Shown here piece by piece: positions 12,289 through 24,862 of a stretch of DNA of 64,000 bases. The position numbers were made by a program, and so were the translations under genes. Under the pieces are notes generated by a model. That model was not told the origin of the DNA. It saw only the letters and a program-made list of their open reading frames with translations, and made no database searches. Source of the DNA: Octopus sinensis. Lineage: Eukaryota. Positions within the stretch are counted from its first letter, which is position 1, and every line of letters begins with the position of its first letter. The DNA lies in the NCBI RefSeq assembly GCF_006345805.1, contig NC_042997.1, forward strand, positions 91,574,001 through 91,638,000. Direction: 5' to 3'.

Positions 12289-13557
12289 CGAGGGGCGTTC
12301 AATAAGTAATGCCCCTGACCCACTTCCCATAGCAGTAGAGCAACGAAACTTGGCACAGTTATTAGTCTTTTCCTACATAGGAACTACCCAGAGTTATGCA
12401 TTTCTCCCATTGTTTGATACAGCTCTGGAGACCGTTTTTGTAGAAGACCCCAGCTTGGTCTTCCAGCCACGACGTGACTTCAGAAATCAAGGCTGCATCA
12501 TCTGGGAAACGCTTTCCTTTCAAAATCAACTTCATGGCTGGGAAGAGGTGAAAATCAGAGGGTGCAAGGGGAGGAGTTCATAGCTGCACGCCTGTGCTTC
12601 TGATCTGGCGACACGCGAGTTGTGGACCGAAGCGTTGTCCTGCAGGAGGAGGATGCCTTTGCTGATCTTGCCCCGCCTCTTGATTTTGATAGCTTCTCTT
12701 AATTTCCTCAAAAGTGAAGCATAATAGGCTCCTGTAATTGTGGTACCCTTTGCCAGGAAATCTGTCATCACTACTCCGTCCTGGTCCCAGAAGACTGTGA
12801 GCATAACCTTGTCAGCGGAGGGCTGCACCCTTGCCTTCTTTGGAGGAGGTGATTCACGGTGCTTTCACTGCATTGACTGGGCTTTGGTCTATGGATCATA
12901 GTGATGGACCCAGGTTTTATCCTGTGTGATCAGTCTTTTGAAAAATGTTGACTTATCTTCTTGGCACATCTCCAAATTCATCCTTGAGCACTCAACGCGT
13001 TCTTGCTTCTGGAAAGGTGTGAGCAACCTGGAAATCCATCTGGCAGACACCTTTTGCATATGCAAATGGTCATGAATGATAGTTTCCACAGACCCGGTAC
13101 TAATCTTGACCTTATGGGCTATTTGGCGAATAGTTATGCATTGACCTTCCAAAATGGCAGCCTCAACTTGACGGACAGACGTCTCATCAACGGCAGAAGG
13201 GGCGACCAGATCTGGGAGCTGTTTCCACAGAGTTCCGACTATGTTTGAATTCACAATGCCAGCGTTTTACAAGGTCATATGATGGGGCATCATCACCATA
13301 AGTTACTTTCATTTCATCAAAAGTCTCCCGTGGTGTGCGGCCTTTCAAAAACAAAAACCAGATCACTGCTCGACACTCAACAGGCTCCATTTCACACTTG
13401 ACTCAGTTCAAACACCTGTAAATCAGAAACCACAATTAGTTCAGAGCTGTAATTCGCCACTTAATCTATAGAGGTATAAATAAGTGCACATGCAAAATTT
13501 TAGCTAGATCAAATAACTGCAAGTGGGTCAGGGGCATTACTTATTGAACGCCCCTCG
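12289..13557 (-). mobile_element. Full-length mariner (DD34D-type) transposon with inactivated transposase
   Basis: Perfect 37-bp TIRs (12289-12325 / 13521-13557), TA on both sides (12287-88, 13558-59). Minus-strand transposase in three pieces: MEPVECRAVIWFLFLKG..., KVSARWISRLL...LITQDKTWVHHYDP, KVMLTVFWDQDGVV...LLLQDNASVH; frameshifts and stops. Confidence 0.96.
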
Positions 13558-14512
13558 TATATAACAAAAAGTGGTATAGATGGACAAGGAAATTTATAGA
13601 AAAAAATTAAAATATATTACAGTTGGACATGCACAAGTAGGATCATTTCATCAGTTGTCAACTGCTAATCACAACAATTTCAGTACCTAAGACAATATTG
13701 TTCAGTCTGTCAGTGCCCATCGCTCATTAAATTTGCAAAGATAGAGAAGTGCATGCAAACATTGATTAAAAGGAAGTTAATAATTCATATCAAATTTTGT
13801 ACAGAAAGTACAAAACATAAACAGGGAGATAACAATGAATGGTCTTTTGACCTGGACAATAAATGATATCATGTGAGAAATCTAGCTACTGTAAAAATGA
13901 CAGGAGAAAAAAACTTAGAACAAGCAGAAATGCTTTATGGGATGGAAGAGAAGCAGGGGATAGTAGCAGGTGAATAAAAGTAGAGTGATTGTGAGAAAAA
14001 AAAGGTGGGTGAAAGAAATTGGGGAACTGGGAAAAGGTGGTGGTAGGAATGCAAAGATTCGTAAAATTGTGTTAATAGAGATAGAAAGCAGAAGGTTACA
14101 AGTTCAATATAGACTCCAGGTTAGTTCAGATTGTCCTAGAGTCTATATTAATTAAATTGTGGTGTAAAATATGAGCTCAAAGATGAAGTTAATTTGTCCA
14201 ATCATCAATAATAAAAAAATGTATTTTGTTTGAACGATTCTCTAAAACACTTTAAAGTTGTTTTTTTTTAATGTAAACTTTTGTTTGAATGGTTTTGCAA
14301 ATTCAGACATTGAGCTGACTTGTGAGAATTACCAGGATATGCTTTATAAAGCTAATTTTTTAATTTTGAACAGAGGTTACCACCTATTTTCCAGATTGGA
14401 AACAAGAAGTTTATTGTCATGCTTTAGAGCCAGTTGATGTTTGAAACAAAAACCCATGTCTGGTGGCTTATAGTTGTTATGTTATTTCAAGTTCTTTCTT
14501 TTCGATTTTCAG

Positions 14513-14834
14513 TTATTGGAAGAATACAATGAGAGACTTGTCCCAATGAACTTAGTTTTATTTAATGACGCTTTAGAACATTTGACTCGAATCCACCGCA
14601 TAATTCGCATGGATCAAGGCCATGGTCTGTTGGTTGGTGTTGGAGGCAGTGGTAAACAGAGTCTGTGTCGCCTTGCTAGTTTTGCTGCTGAGTGCCAAAT
14701 CTTTAAGATAACACTCTCTCGTGGATACAATGAGACTAGCTTCCGAGAAGATTTGAAAATCTTGTACAACAAATTAGGAATGGACAATCAGAAGATGGTA
14801 TTCCTGTTTGCTGATCAAGATGTTGCTGAAGAAG
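14513..14834 (+). CDS. DNAH10: DNAH10 exon, AAA4 Walker A
   Basis: Acceptor attttcag; LLEEYNERLVPMNLVLFNDALEHLTRIHRIIRMDQGHGLLVGVGGSGKQSL...FLFADQDVAEE; donor gtaagc at 14835, phase 1. Confidence 0.96.
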
Positions 14835-16938
14835 GTAAGCATCAGATACAGAATGTGGGAGGCAGTCAGGGACTTAACTTTCTTGTTTCCAATTTTATTA
14901 AATTTAGAAGCTTTTCTCTGTCTTTCTTGTCCTCAAAAATATTTCAAATATATTTCTGGAACATAGAACATTAGCAAACTATTAATATTAGTATTTCTTC
15001 TCAATAAGATTAATCATTTTTTTTTTATATTCCTTAAAGTTGGTGTTTTTTCTGTTGGGTAGCTGTAATCAATTTCTGTTTGCATTAAGGAAACCAATAA
15101 CCTGATTTAGAAGCAATTCATAGGTTCATCACTTAGAATATGATGATGTATAAGAGTTTGGCATTTTGGTGTTGGGTATGTTTTGCTGTATGATCACTGT
15201 TTTAACTTTGACTATCCGGTATTTATTGTTGGTATTCAGTCCTATAATTTAAGTCTAAAAATATGCAGTATTTATTGTCATTGCTATCATTATATTCAGT
15301 GTCATTAAAGAGGAGCAATGTCTTGAGTTTGAAGCCGTAGTTATCTAACTGAAAAATACCAGCCAACCTTAAAAAATAATAGTGAAATTCTTTTGATACC
15401 TTCTGCTTGTTAAGATAAAATTGAGTTTGCATCCATATAATTCTTTTTTCTTCACCATGGTATTTAACAAGTTAAAAAATTTTGAAACCATCATAATTTT
15501 ATCATAGATATTTGTTCACTCCTTTTTCGTAGGGTGCTGACCCATTATGGGCTTAGGTATAGAACTACAGATCATACAGTCATAAGTTTAGATCTTACTA
15601 CTGTCAATATGTTTGCTCTCCCAAAATGTACCTAACTCTGCTTCAGTTGGTCTGATTGTGATAGACTGAATGGTGAGCTGTAGGAAAGACATTTAACTGT
15701 AAAACAATTGCTCCAACAAATAAATCATTTCATCCTTATAAGCATGAATGTAAAACATAATGTAAGACAAAATGTAAAACAAAAAAAGAAATGGTTTTCT
15801 CTGCTTGTATATATGGGATGATAGTAGTGTATCAATTTCTTCTTTTAGATTAGTGCAGTAAATAAAGTAAATTGCTTGACTTTTACTTTTCAGATATATC
15901 CATTATCACTGAATAGATGTTGAACTTTATTGATCATGTCCATATCCATGTGAAGATTCTAGTTCAGTACCACTGCTAAGAAATATTCATCAGTTAACCC
16001 TTACATGGTAGAATCATAAGTTGATGTATTATTAGAGAACAACAGATATTAACAATTGATGTTTCAAAAATTTTGCATGTATATGACCATTATCAAAAGA
16101 AAGTGAATATATTATGGTATTTTCGATAAGGTGATTGCAAATTTTATTGTGCAAAAGACTAACAATTATTATAGATTTTCTACTCATTTAAAGTGAAAAT
16201 AAGTTGAAAATTTACCCTTAAAAGGAGATTTGTTTTTGCTTTTTCTCGTTTGGCATACACATTCATGCAACCCTTTCCAATCATTTTAGAGTTGAAAGGC
16301 AATTAATTATGACATGTAATGAACTTATTTACTGCTAGCTTAATTGGAATATTGTTAGTTAGGTGTTGCTTGGGGTACAATACTTTGCTAATGTTAAAAA
16401 AAATAAAATCTATAAAATTCTAATACCCATGTAACTTTTGTAAGCTGATTCTTAACTCCATTTTTACATTTTTTTGGCAAGTAGCTGAGCAGGAACAAAT
16501 CTAATCCAGCTCAGGTTATAGTTCCAGTGATCTGCTAAGTAAATTGAGGCACATAAAATTAATTGTACTGTCCAAATATTCAAAGAAATACCTATAATAA
16601 ATTTAAACTCCAAATGTTTAACCTGATAGTCATACTGTCATGAACTCTTTACATGAACACCACCCTGTACTTAACTCCATGTCCCCCTACATGGCCTTAC
16701 TATTTGCTTTTGAGCCAAATTAACTAACTAACTAACTAACATATCCAGTCAGCGATTTTATGTCTATATGCGACACTGATGGAGATTTATGAAGTGCTGA
16801 AAGTTTTGTTTATGAATTTTAGTGTGTGTGAAACCTTCTTAACTGATTCTCTTGGGCTATTTATTTATTGAAATCATGAAATAATTGCATATTCCAATAC
16901 AATTATAATGACTGGTAAGTGCTTGTCTCTTTCTACAG

Positions 16939-17027
16939 GATTCTTGGAATTGGTGAACAATATGTTAACAACCGGCATGGTACCAGCTTTGTATACAGAT
17001 GAAGAGAAAGATGGAATTATATCACAG
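16939..17027 (+). CDS. DNAH10: DNAH10 exon, AAA4
   Basis: Acceptor tctttctacag; (G)FLELVNNMLTTGMVPALYTDEEKDGIISQ; donor gtatga at 17028. Confidence 0.93.
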
Positions 17028-17423
17028 GTATGAATAAAAAACAAGGCAGACTTTTTTTAAAAATCAAGTAATTCTTTAATAAAAATTTTCTTTGATATGT
17101 TGCCATAATTGTTTATATAAAATAAAGAGAAAACAGATAAGATACTATATTTTTATACTGATGGAGTTCACTAAAATATTCTACTGTGAATTTTGTGCTG
17201 TGTTTCCAATGTCTCTAAGTTTGAGTAAGTCTACTAGGCCACAATTTTTATCTAAATTCAAGTTTGATTTTTGTTGTAATTACTTCCCTCTTCATTGTTA
17301 TTGCTCTTTCTCAGCACTCTTTTACACAGGATACTCCTCTGTCTTTCTTGTCATCCATGCATACAGGCATGTCCCCTACATCCCTCTTCAGCTGAGCGCT
17401 CCTAGTCTTGTGAGCCTGTAGGA

Positions 17424-17608
17424 GCCAGTGCCATGTAAAAAGCACCCATGTCAGTACCACATAAATCATCTAGTACACTCTGTAAAGTGGTTGGCATTAG
17501 GGAGCGCATCCAGCTGAAGAAACCATACCAAAACAGTCATGGAGCCCAGCCAGCTCTTAAGCTGACCAGTTCTTGCCAACCCATGCCAGCAAGGGAAATG
17601 GACTTTAA

Positions 17609-17640
<32 letters not shown>
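17424..17640 (+). mobile_element. RTE 3'-tail element (5'-truncated LINE or dependent SINE)
   Basis: gccatgtaaaaagcaccc...ggttggcattagg...aacccatgccagcaagggaaatggactttaaatgatgatgat. Confidence 0.75.
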
Positions 17641-17641
<1 letters not shown>

Positions 17642-18316
17642 GTTATTGTTTGTAATAGAATGTTGGTTGCTATAGTGTGGTGGCATGTATTTTGTGTCTA
17701 CAATAAGGTTTATTGATTCCCAATTTGAATGGTTTTAATACCAATTGCTTTTACTCTCAAGAAAGGCATGAATGTTATAACTTCCAAGATATCATTATCT
17801 GAAAATTTCACATTCCATTCTTATGAAACAAAAACCCCCCAAAAACCAGTTGCTCAAAAAGATATGATTTATGCTAGGTTAAAAAAACAGATATCCATTT
17901 CTGGTTAGATAAACTTGGATAAAAATTAGGTTAGTTCTTAGAACAGTGGACTTCACAGATGACATTGCTATAAATGAAAGAGATGTGTTATGGACTGATC
18001 AATGGATAATCATCAGCAAAGTAGATGCTAGAAATGGTAACATCAATGATGACAATAAGAATGATTATGATGATGCTAATTTTTTTACTAATTCCATGAA
18101 CAATTTCACTTGTAATGTATGATAAAGACCTAGTTTTTAGTTGTATTGGCTGAAGCAATCTAACTTGCAGTAGAGCTTGATTTTTATATTTGACTAAAAC
18201 CATTTAATCAGTTATTTAGTCAGTTATGTTTCTATACAATGATTTAATCAGTTAATATGTATCTATACAAGCATTTAATTTCCATATATATATTAATTCT
18301 TGTTCTATTGTTTCAG

Positions 18317-18467
18317 GTCCGTGCTGAAGCTATGGCTTTAGGACTCTCTCCAGCACGAGAAACTATATGGCAATTTTTTATCAGCAAATGTTCTGATAAT
18401 CTACACATTGTAATGTCAATGTCCCCAATAGGGGACACTTTGAGAACACGCTGTAGAAATTTTCCTG
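18317..18467 (+). CDS. DNAH10: DNAH10 exon, AAA4
   Basis: Acceptor tgtttcag; VRAEAMALGLSPARETIWQFFISKCSDNLHIVMSMSPIGDTLRTRCRNFP; donor gtaatt at 18468, phase 1. Confidence 0.95.
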
Positions 18468-18784
18468 GTAATTATATGGAGTTTTGAAATATTTAATTGT
18501 TTTTAGAACTGATTTGTTATCATGTTTGATGGGCTCAGGGGAGATTTTAGATAAATGATGTGTTTAAGTATTGAGATGTTTTCAAGTATTTGGAGTATGG
18601 TAGGTAAACTGAATGTTTTGTTTCTAAAACTGACTAATAGGAGAGTACAATATACTTTAAATATATTTTGCAGGCTGAGGAATTTAGACTCCTTATAATT
18701 AGTATATCATGTTTTGAAAGATTTGGGAGATGGTATGGTTAAGAATTAGCAAGTAATGTATTTTGTGGATGATGTATTCAGACT

Positions 18785-19115
18785 AAACAGGAATAAAGCT
18801 AGTATGATCCATTGAATATGCAATTTCAGTGTACATATATGACCAAGTGCTAGTGTAGTGAGAGAAAAGTTGGGCATAAGAGAAATTAGATGTAGCGTGC
18901 AAGAGAGAAGATGGTACTGGTGTGATGCATATGGATGAGGACAGTTGCATAAAGCAGTGCCAGTCACTTAAAGTGGATGGAACTTGTGGAAGAGGGAGAC
19001 CCAGGAAGACATGAGACAAAGTATTGAAGGCCGATCTCAAGATGGAGGTGATAACAAAAGACTGAAATATCTGACACCTTGCTGTGTTTGAGAAGACCTG
19101 TCCAGGACAACAGAA
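18785..19115 (+). mobile_element. Decayed RTE LINE 3' ORF fragment
   Basis: Parallels 10650-10975 (gaaataaagctagtatgatcc...gagaaaagttgggcataaga...gggagacccaggaagacatg). Confidence 0.7.
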
Positions 19116-19289
19116 TTGATATCCTAAAACCACCTTAGTAAATGTGCAGAGCTCTGCCCCACCTTCTCTCTCATCACCCTTTTAGATTTTTCCCCTCATA
19201 TCTCATACCCTAACGCTTCACACCTCCCTATCTTTGGTATTATTTAGCTATCATAATCAGCTGAGTATTTATCAACAAGAAATACGACA

Positions 19290-20020
19290 ACCTGGATATA
19301 CCTCCTTAGTACCAGCCACCCCAGCATCGCCTGCACCAAGATCACCATCACAAATGAACCACCACAAACAGTACTGCAAATCATCAATCCCTAACACTTC
19401 TCCATGCCTGTCTACTTGCATACTCTCCTCCCTTGTACATCACCCCTTGTGCATAACCACATGAGTGTATATGTGCATGCATGCATATCTGTGTGACTGT
19501 GCATATGCATCTGCTCACCATATACATGCGCACAGGCATACATGTGCACCTGTACATGTGCATATATGTACACATGCAAACTTGTGTGTGTGTGTGTCCA
19601 TGTGCATGTACATGTGTGCACACGTGTGTGTGTGTTCGTGCACATGTGGATGTGTGAATGTACAATGAAGCACACAGACACACGTATAAGTACAGATGCA
19701 TGTATGCAGATATATGGGCATGTACATGTACATATATACGTATATGCCTCCACATCTATTGCCCCTTCCTACTTCCCCCAACTGCTTTCTTATCCACCAC
19801 ATGATCAATTTCCTGTTCACCATGTGGTCGATTACCTGTTTACCATGCAGTATTTTCCAACTAATTGTTGTTGCTGAAATACCAACATCAAACCACAATA
19901 CCACGTGACCTTACTTGACCAAATGCAGGCTAACTTAATCAAACTCTCTTCAGACACCAAAGGCTGAAGACTAGCTACACACTTGAAACTCAGAGTACCA
20001 AGGTGTCTGAATCAAACTGT
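19290..20020 (-). mobile_element. Partial second copy of the 6032-7200 fold-back family
   Basis: 19290-19470 matches the reverse complement of the 6590-6740 spacer; 19670-20020 matches one arm (…ggctgaagactagctacacacttgaaactcagagtaccaagg…gaatcaaact). Confidence 0.8.
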
Positions 20021-20033
20021 TTTAATCTATCTA

Positions 20034-20096
<63 letters not shown>

Positions 20097-20120
20097 ATAT
20101 ATATATATATATATATATAT

Positions 20121-21207
20121 GGGCACATAACAAACACCATCCGATCGTGGCCGTTTGCCAGCCTCATCTGGCACCTGTGTCGGTGGCACATAAAAACACC
20201 ATCCGAAGACCCGGCAAGACTAGTCAGGCCATAACTCGTGGCCCCGACCTGGGACATAGTCAGTCCACCTGTGCATACCTTCCTTCTTGTGATACTTGTA
20301 AAGGCCTGTTGAGGCAAGTGAAAATCAAAATCAAATCAAAACAAATCAAAATAGATGAACATCAATGGAATTTGTATCTTTGTGGTACCAGTGCCGGTGG
20401 CACACAAGAAAACCATCCGAACGTGGCCGTAGCCAGTACCGCACCGACTGGCCTCCGTGCTGTGGGCACGTAACAAACACCATCCGATCGTGGCCGTTCG
20501 CCAGCCTCATCTGGCACCTGTGTCGGTGGCACATAAAAACACCATCCGAAGACCCGGCAAGACTAGTCAGGCCATAACCTGTGGCCCCTACCTGGGACGT
20601 AGTCAGTCCACCTGTGCATATTTTCCTTCTTGTGACACTTGTGAAGACCTGTTGAGGCAAGTGAAAATCAAAATCAAAATCAAAATCAAAATCAAAATCA
20701 AAATCAAAATCAAATCAAAACAAATCAAAATAGATGAACATCAATGGAATTTGTATCTTTGTGGTACCAGTGCCGGTAGCACACAAGAAAACCATCCGAA
20801 TGTGGCCGTAGCCAGTACCGCATCGACTGGCCTCCGTGCTGTGGGCACGTAACAAACACCATCTGATCGTGGCCGTTCGCCAGCCTCATCTGGCACCTGT
20901 GTCGGTGGCACATAAAAACACCATCCGAGCGTGGCCGTCTGCCAGCCTCGTCTGGCACCTGTGTCGGTGGCACATAAAAAACACCATCCGAGCGTGGCCG
21001 TTCGCCAGCCTCGTCTGGCACCTGTGTCGGTGGCACATAAAATCACCCACTACACTCTCGGAGTGGTTGGCGTTATGAAGGGCATCCAGCTGTAGAAACA
21101 CTGCCAGATCTGACTGGCCTGGTGCAGCCTTCGGGCTCCCCAGACCCCAGTTGAACCGTCCAACCCATGCTAGCATGGAAAGCGGACGTTAAACGATGAT
21201 GATGATG
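20121..21207 (+). mobile_element. Young RTE 3'-UTR element with tandem ~340-380-bp multimer and ~57-bp minisatellite
   Basis: Units start at 20121, 20464 and 20843; ends ...acccatgctagcatggaaagcggacgttaaacgatgatgatg; (TA)n on both sides. Confidence 0.85.
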
Positions 21208-21217
21208 ATATATATAT

Positions 21218-21287
<70 letters not shown>

Positions 21288-21974
21288 TTATATATATTTA
21301 TATATAGTTATACATTTATATAGTTCAAATTTACAGAAAACAAAAGACAAAGAGAGGTGTAGGGACAACAAGCAAGTGTATTAGTATAATGTTTAGGAAG
21401 AATGGAAAATTATTTTACATTTCAACAGAAAGGATTAAGAGGCAAAAAAGGTGACTGAAAAAAATGGAGAGAAAAAAATGTGTAGGGATTAATGGTTCAA
21501 CATGATGAAATTGCCAGAAGAAAGAGGCTGAATGAAAGGGAGATAATGATAGTGTCCCAGACAAACAAATTTGCTCTTGCGCATGCAAGAATAGTGTGTG
21601 TGTGTCTGTGTGTATCAATGGGGGTGAATGTGTGAGTATGTATGTGTGGGCAAGCTGAAAAATGTGTGGATCTGTGTTTGTGTATGTGTGTAAGTGACCC
21701 ACTGCGTATATTATATGGAGTGATATGCATTACATGTACTTGTATGTATGTCTGGGTGCGTATTGACGTGTGTATGTATGTGTGCAAATGCATTGGCCTG
21801 GGTGAGTGTGTATGTGTACAAGTAACCAAGTGTATGTATATATACTTATTTAAAATAAAATGATATTATGAAGGGAATATTAGAGATCAATTCTATGTTG
21901 TACTTGAATGTATAAATCTTCTTGTTAATTTGTGTTTTAATTAATCTTTTATCATTGTTATTGTTTTTATAAAG

Positions 21975-22063
21975 GTATTGTGAACAATGCCAACATTGAT
22001 TGGTATTTTCCTTGGCCCCGTGAAGCATTGTCATCTGTAGCTAGCGTGTTCATAGCTGCTGAT
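21975..22063 (+). CDS. DNAH10: DNAH10 exon, AAA4 end
   Basis: Acceptor tttttataaag; (G)IVNNANIDWYFPWPREALSSVASVFIAAD; donor gtgagt at 22064. Confidence 0.92.
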
Positions 22064-22084
22064 GTGAGTATCTTCTAAATTGGT

Positions 22085-22400
22085 GTTATCTACCTCCTCC
22101 TCTTCCTTCTCCTCCTCCTCCTCCTCCTCCTCCTCCTCATCATCATCATCACCATCACCACCGCCGCCACCGCCGCCGCCACCGCCGCCGCCACCGCCGC
22201 CGCCACCGCCGCCTCCGCCACTGCCGCCGCCACTGCCGCCGCCGCTGCCACCATCGCCACCACTACCTTCTTCTTCTCTTCTTCTTCTTCTTCTTCTTCT
22301 TCTTCTTCTTCTTCTTCTTCTTCTTCTTCATCATCATCATCTTCAGCATCAACATCATCATTACTCTGATCCTTCATGATTGTCATCATTCTCATAATCA
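22085..22400. repeat. Compound trinucleotide array (CCT/CAT/CAC/CGC/CTT/CAT)
   Basis: Direct inspection; starts ~20 nt after the donor at 22064. Confidence 0.9.
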
Positions 22401-22733
22401 GCAGCAACAATCAACATCATCATCATGGTCATCATTTTGTTCATTATTGGGAAGATTTTATGCTATAATGGTTATTACTCCAGACTCTCAATCCAGTAAT
22501 CTGATTGCAAATCATGGTGGAACGTTATAGAAGTGGTGGTGGTGGTGGTGGTGGTGGTAGTAGTAGTAGTAGAAGTAGTAGTTATTGTAAATTTCATTGA
22601 CAACAGACAACAAAATTACATATTAGTACTTTATATATGATAGCAATAGTATTGTTTGTTTTTCTAAATAGGTAACCTAATTAGGCTTGAATAATGCTTA
22701 GATAGTGTTGTCTAGTTTTGGGAGGTTCTGTGG

Positions 22734-22774
<41 letters not shown>

Positions 22775-23557
22775 TATTGTCTCCTTACCATGACATTATA
22801 TGATTGTTGTTAATGATTGTCACCATCATACAAGTGGTGCCCTTTGTTGCCAATCTCCAATGTCTAGGTATGGAAAAATATTACCTTGCTTGGAAATAGG
22901 TGAGGGTTGGTGACAAGAAGGGCATCCAGCTGTAGAAAATCTGTCTAAAAAATCTGTTTGAACCATGTAAGTATGGGAAAGTGGATGTTAAATGATGGGG
23001 ATGATGATGATGATGAGGAGGATATACATAAGCCAAAAGTAAATAAGTAAATACATAAATATAAATAAATAAAATAAAATAAAACAAAAAAATGCACTGC
23101 ACATATTCTGTGCAGGAACATCTTTATATGAATAATGCAACAGAGATCCCAGACATTCAAAGCAAGTTGCTTGCTACACATGCTAAAACAACACTGAAAA
23201 TGATTTTTATAAAAATTATGAAAACAGATATTATATATTAGTAGTGATTGATATGCTAACAAGAAAACAGTGCTGGGCAATAGATAATCCTACTTCAATA
23301 TAGTCAGTTGGTGTTAGAATTTGTTGCAAAATATTCCTCAAATCACTGTCTTAGGAAAAAAAGGAAAGGCACATTGGATCATGTTGTTTTGAATACACAA
23401 TGCTTGAATAAAAGACAGGATAGTCATGGCAGGAATACTCTTTGATTATAGATTTACTCAGTCAGGACTTACCTGAGGCTAAACAATAATCGTAACAATG
23501 CTGTGTGTTTTTGATGATGATGATGATGATGGTGATGGTGATGGTGATGGTGATGAT

Positions 23558-23740
23558 GATCGGAGCACTGGGCTCAATCCCATTGAAACTTCAAAACTTC
23601 TTAAGGCAACTGGAAGATTGATGTCTTGCAAAAAGCAGCCTTATTAGGCACAGCGCACATCTTAAGGAAAGTATTATCTGCCTGAGGTCTTTTTTGTGAC
23701 TTGACAGATGACTAAAGACTCCAGTGCTTTTTTAGAGCGA
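23558..23740 (+). mobile_element. 3' remnant of an R4/Dong-like RLE LINE (different subfamily from the long copy)
   Basis: IGALGSIPLKLQNFLRQLE...VLQKAALLGTAHILRKVLSA*, compare ALLGTAHILRRTLSIQ* at the end of the 24861-27355 element. Confidence 0.7.
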
Positions 23741-24241
23741 AGGATGAGGGGAAAATATAAAGACCGACATAAAGTGTTGGGGTATACATATACTGAAATG
23801 ATTAAATAAATAAGTAAAAAATAATCTTTTCTACTAAAGGCACAAGACCTGAAATTTTGGGGAAAGGGGTAAGTCAACTACATTGACCCCAGTGTTCAAC
23901 TGGTACTTAATTAATCAACCCTGAAAGGATGAAAGGTAAAGTTGACCTTGTGGAATTTGAACTCAGAACATGCAGACAGACAAAAAGCTGCTAAGCATTT
24001 CGCCCAACATGCTAACGAGTCTGTCAGCTCACTGGCACAACAATAATAATAATAATAATAAAGATTTGAACAGATGAATAGAGGAAATAGGCATAAAACC
24101 CAGTTTAGTACAGCTCCAGAAAACAGTGTTATTAGGGACAACTAGGGTACTGAGAAGGGTTCTTGACATATAAGGTTACTTGTAGCCCGATGTTAGGAAA
24201 TTTTCTTTTCCAACAGTCTAATCTGTTGAGCATATATGAAA

Positions 24242-24279
<38 letters not shown>

Positions 24280-24379
24280 TTACTACTACTACTACCACCA
24301 CTACAATCACTACCACCACCACCACCACCACTTATAATAATAGTTATAATAATGATGAAGATGATGATGATGATAACAA

Positions 24380-24803
24380 GCATATTCTGGGATATGCCAA
24401 TACACATAGATAGAGAAATAAAGGCCAATAGGCCAGATATAGTTGTCAGAGATCACCAAGAAAAAAAAATGCTTTCCAATAGATGTCTCAATACCAATAG
24501 ATAACAATGTTTTTCTAAAAGGAATGGAGAAACTTTCAAAATACAAAGATCTGGAAATAGAGGTAACTCGTATGTGGAGCCTAAAACAAAAACAATTGCA
24601 TCATAGTAGGTGCATTAGGTATGATAAAAAATATTCAGGCAAATACATAACAAAAACACTAGAACTAACAAATATATATAACATACTTAAAACACTTTCA
24701 ATATAGTAAAAATAAGAGTACCACAACAAACCACAGCACATACCCAAGGCACACAGTGCTGCACTTAGTAGTTCAGTGAAAGCACATGATAAAAATAAGA
24801 CTA

Positions 24804-24807
<4 letters not shown>
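24380..24807 (+). mobile_element. 3' fragment of the same R4/Dong-like LINE family as 24861-27355
   Basis: ILWDMPIHIDREIKANRPDIVVRD...IDVSIP; 3' UTR acagcacatacccaaggcac...ctactg followed by (AAT)n. Confidence 0.9.

Positions 24808-24860
<53 letters not shown>

Positions 24861-24862
<2 letters not shown>

Noticed and set aside
16912-16938. Perfect donor GTAAGT 24 nt upstream of an acceptor
   Set aside because: The implied intron is too short and no extra exon is needed; the 14834/16939 phases match.
20845-21040. Regular ~57-bp repeats resembling a CRISPR array (also 11150-11480 and 53390-53590)
   Set aside because: The units are contiguous with no unique spacers, there are no cas genes, and they lie in RTE 3' UTRs of a eukaryotic intron.
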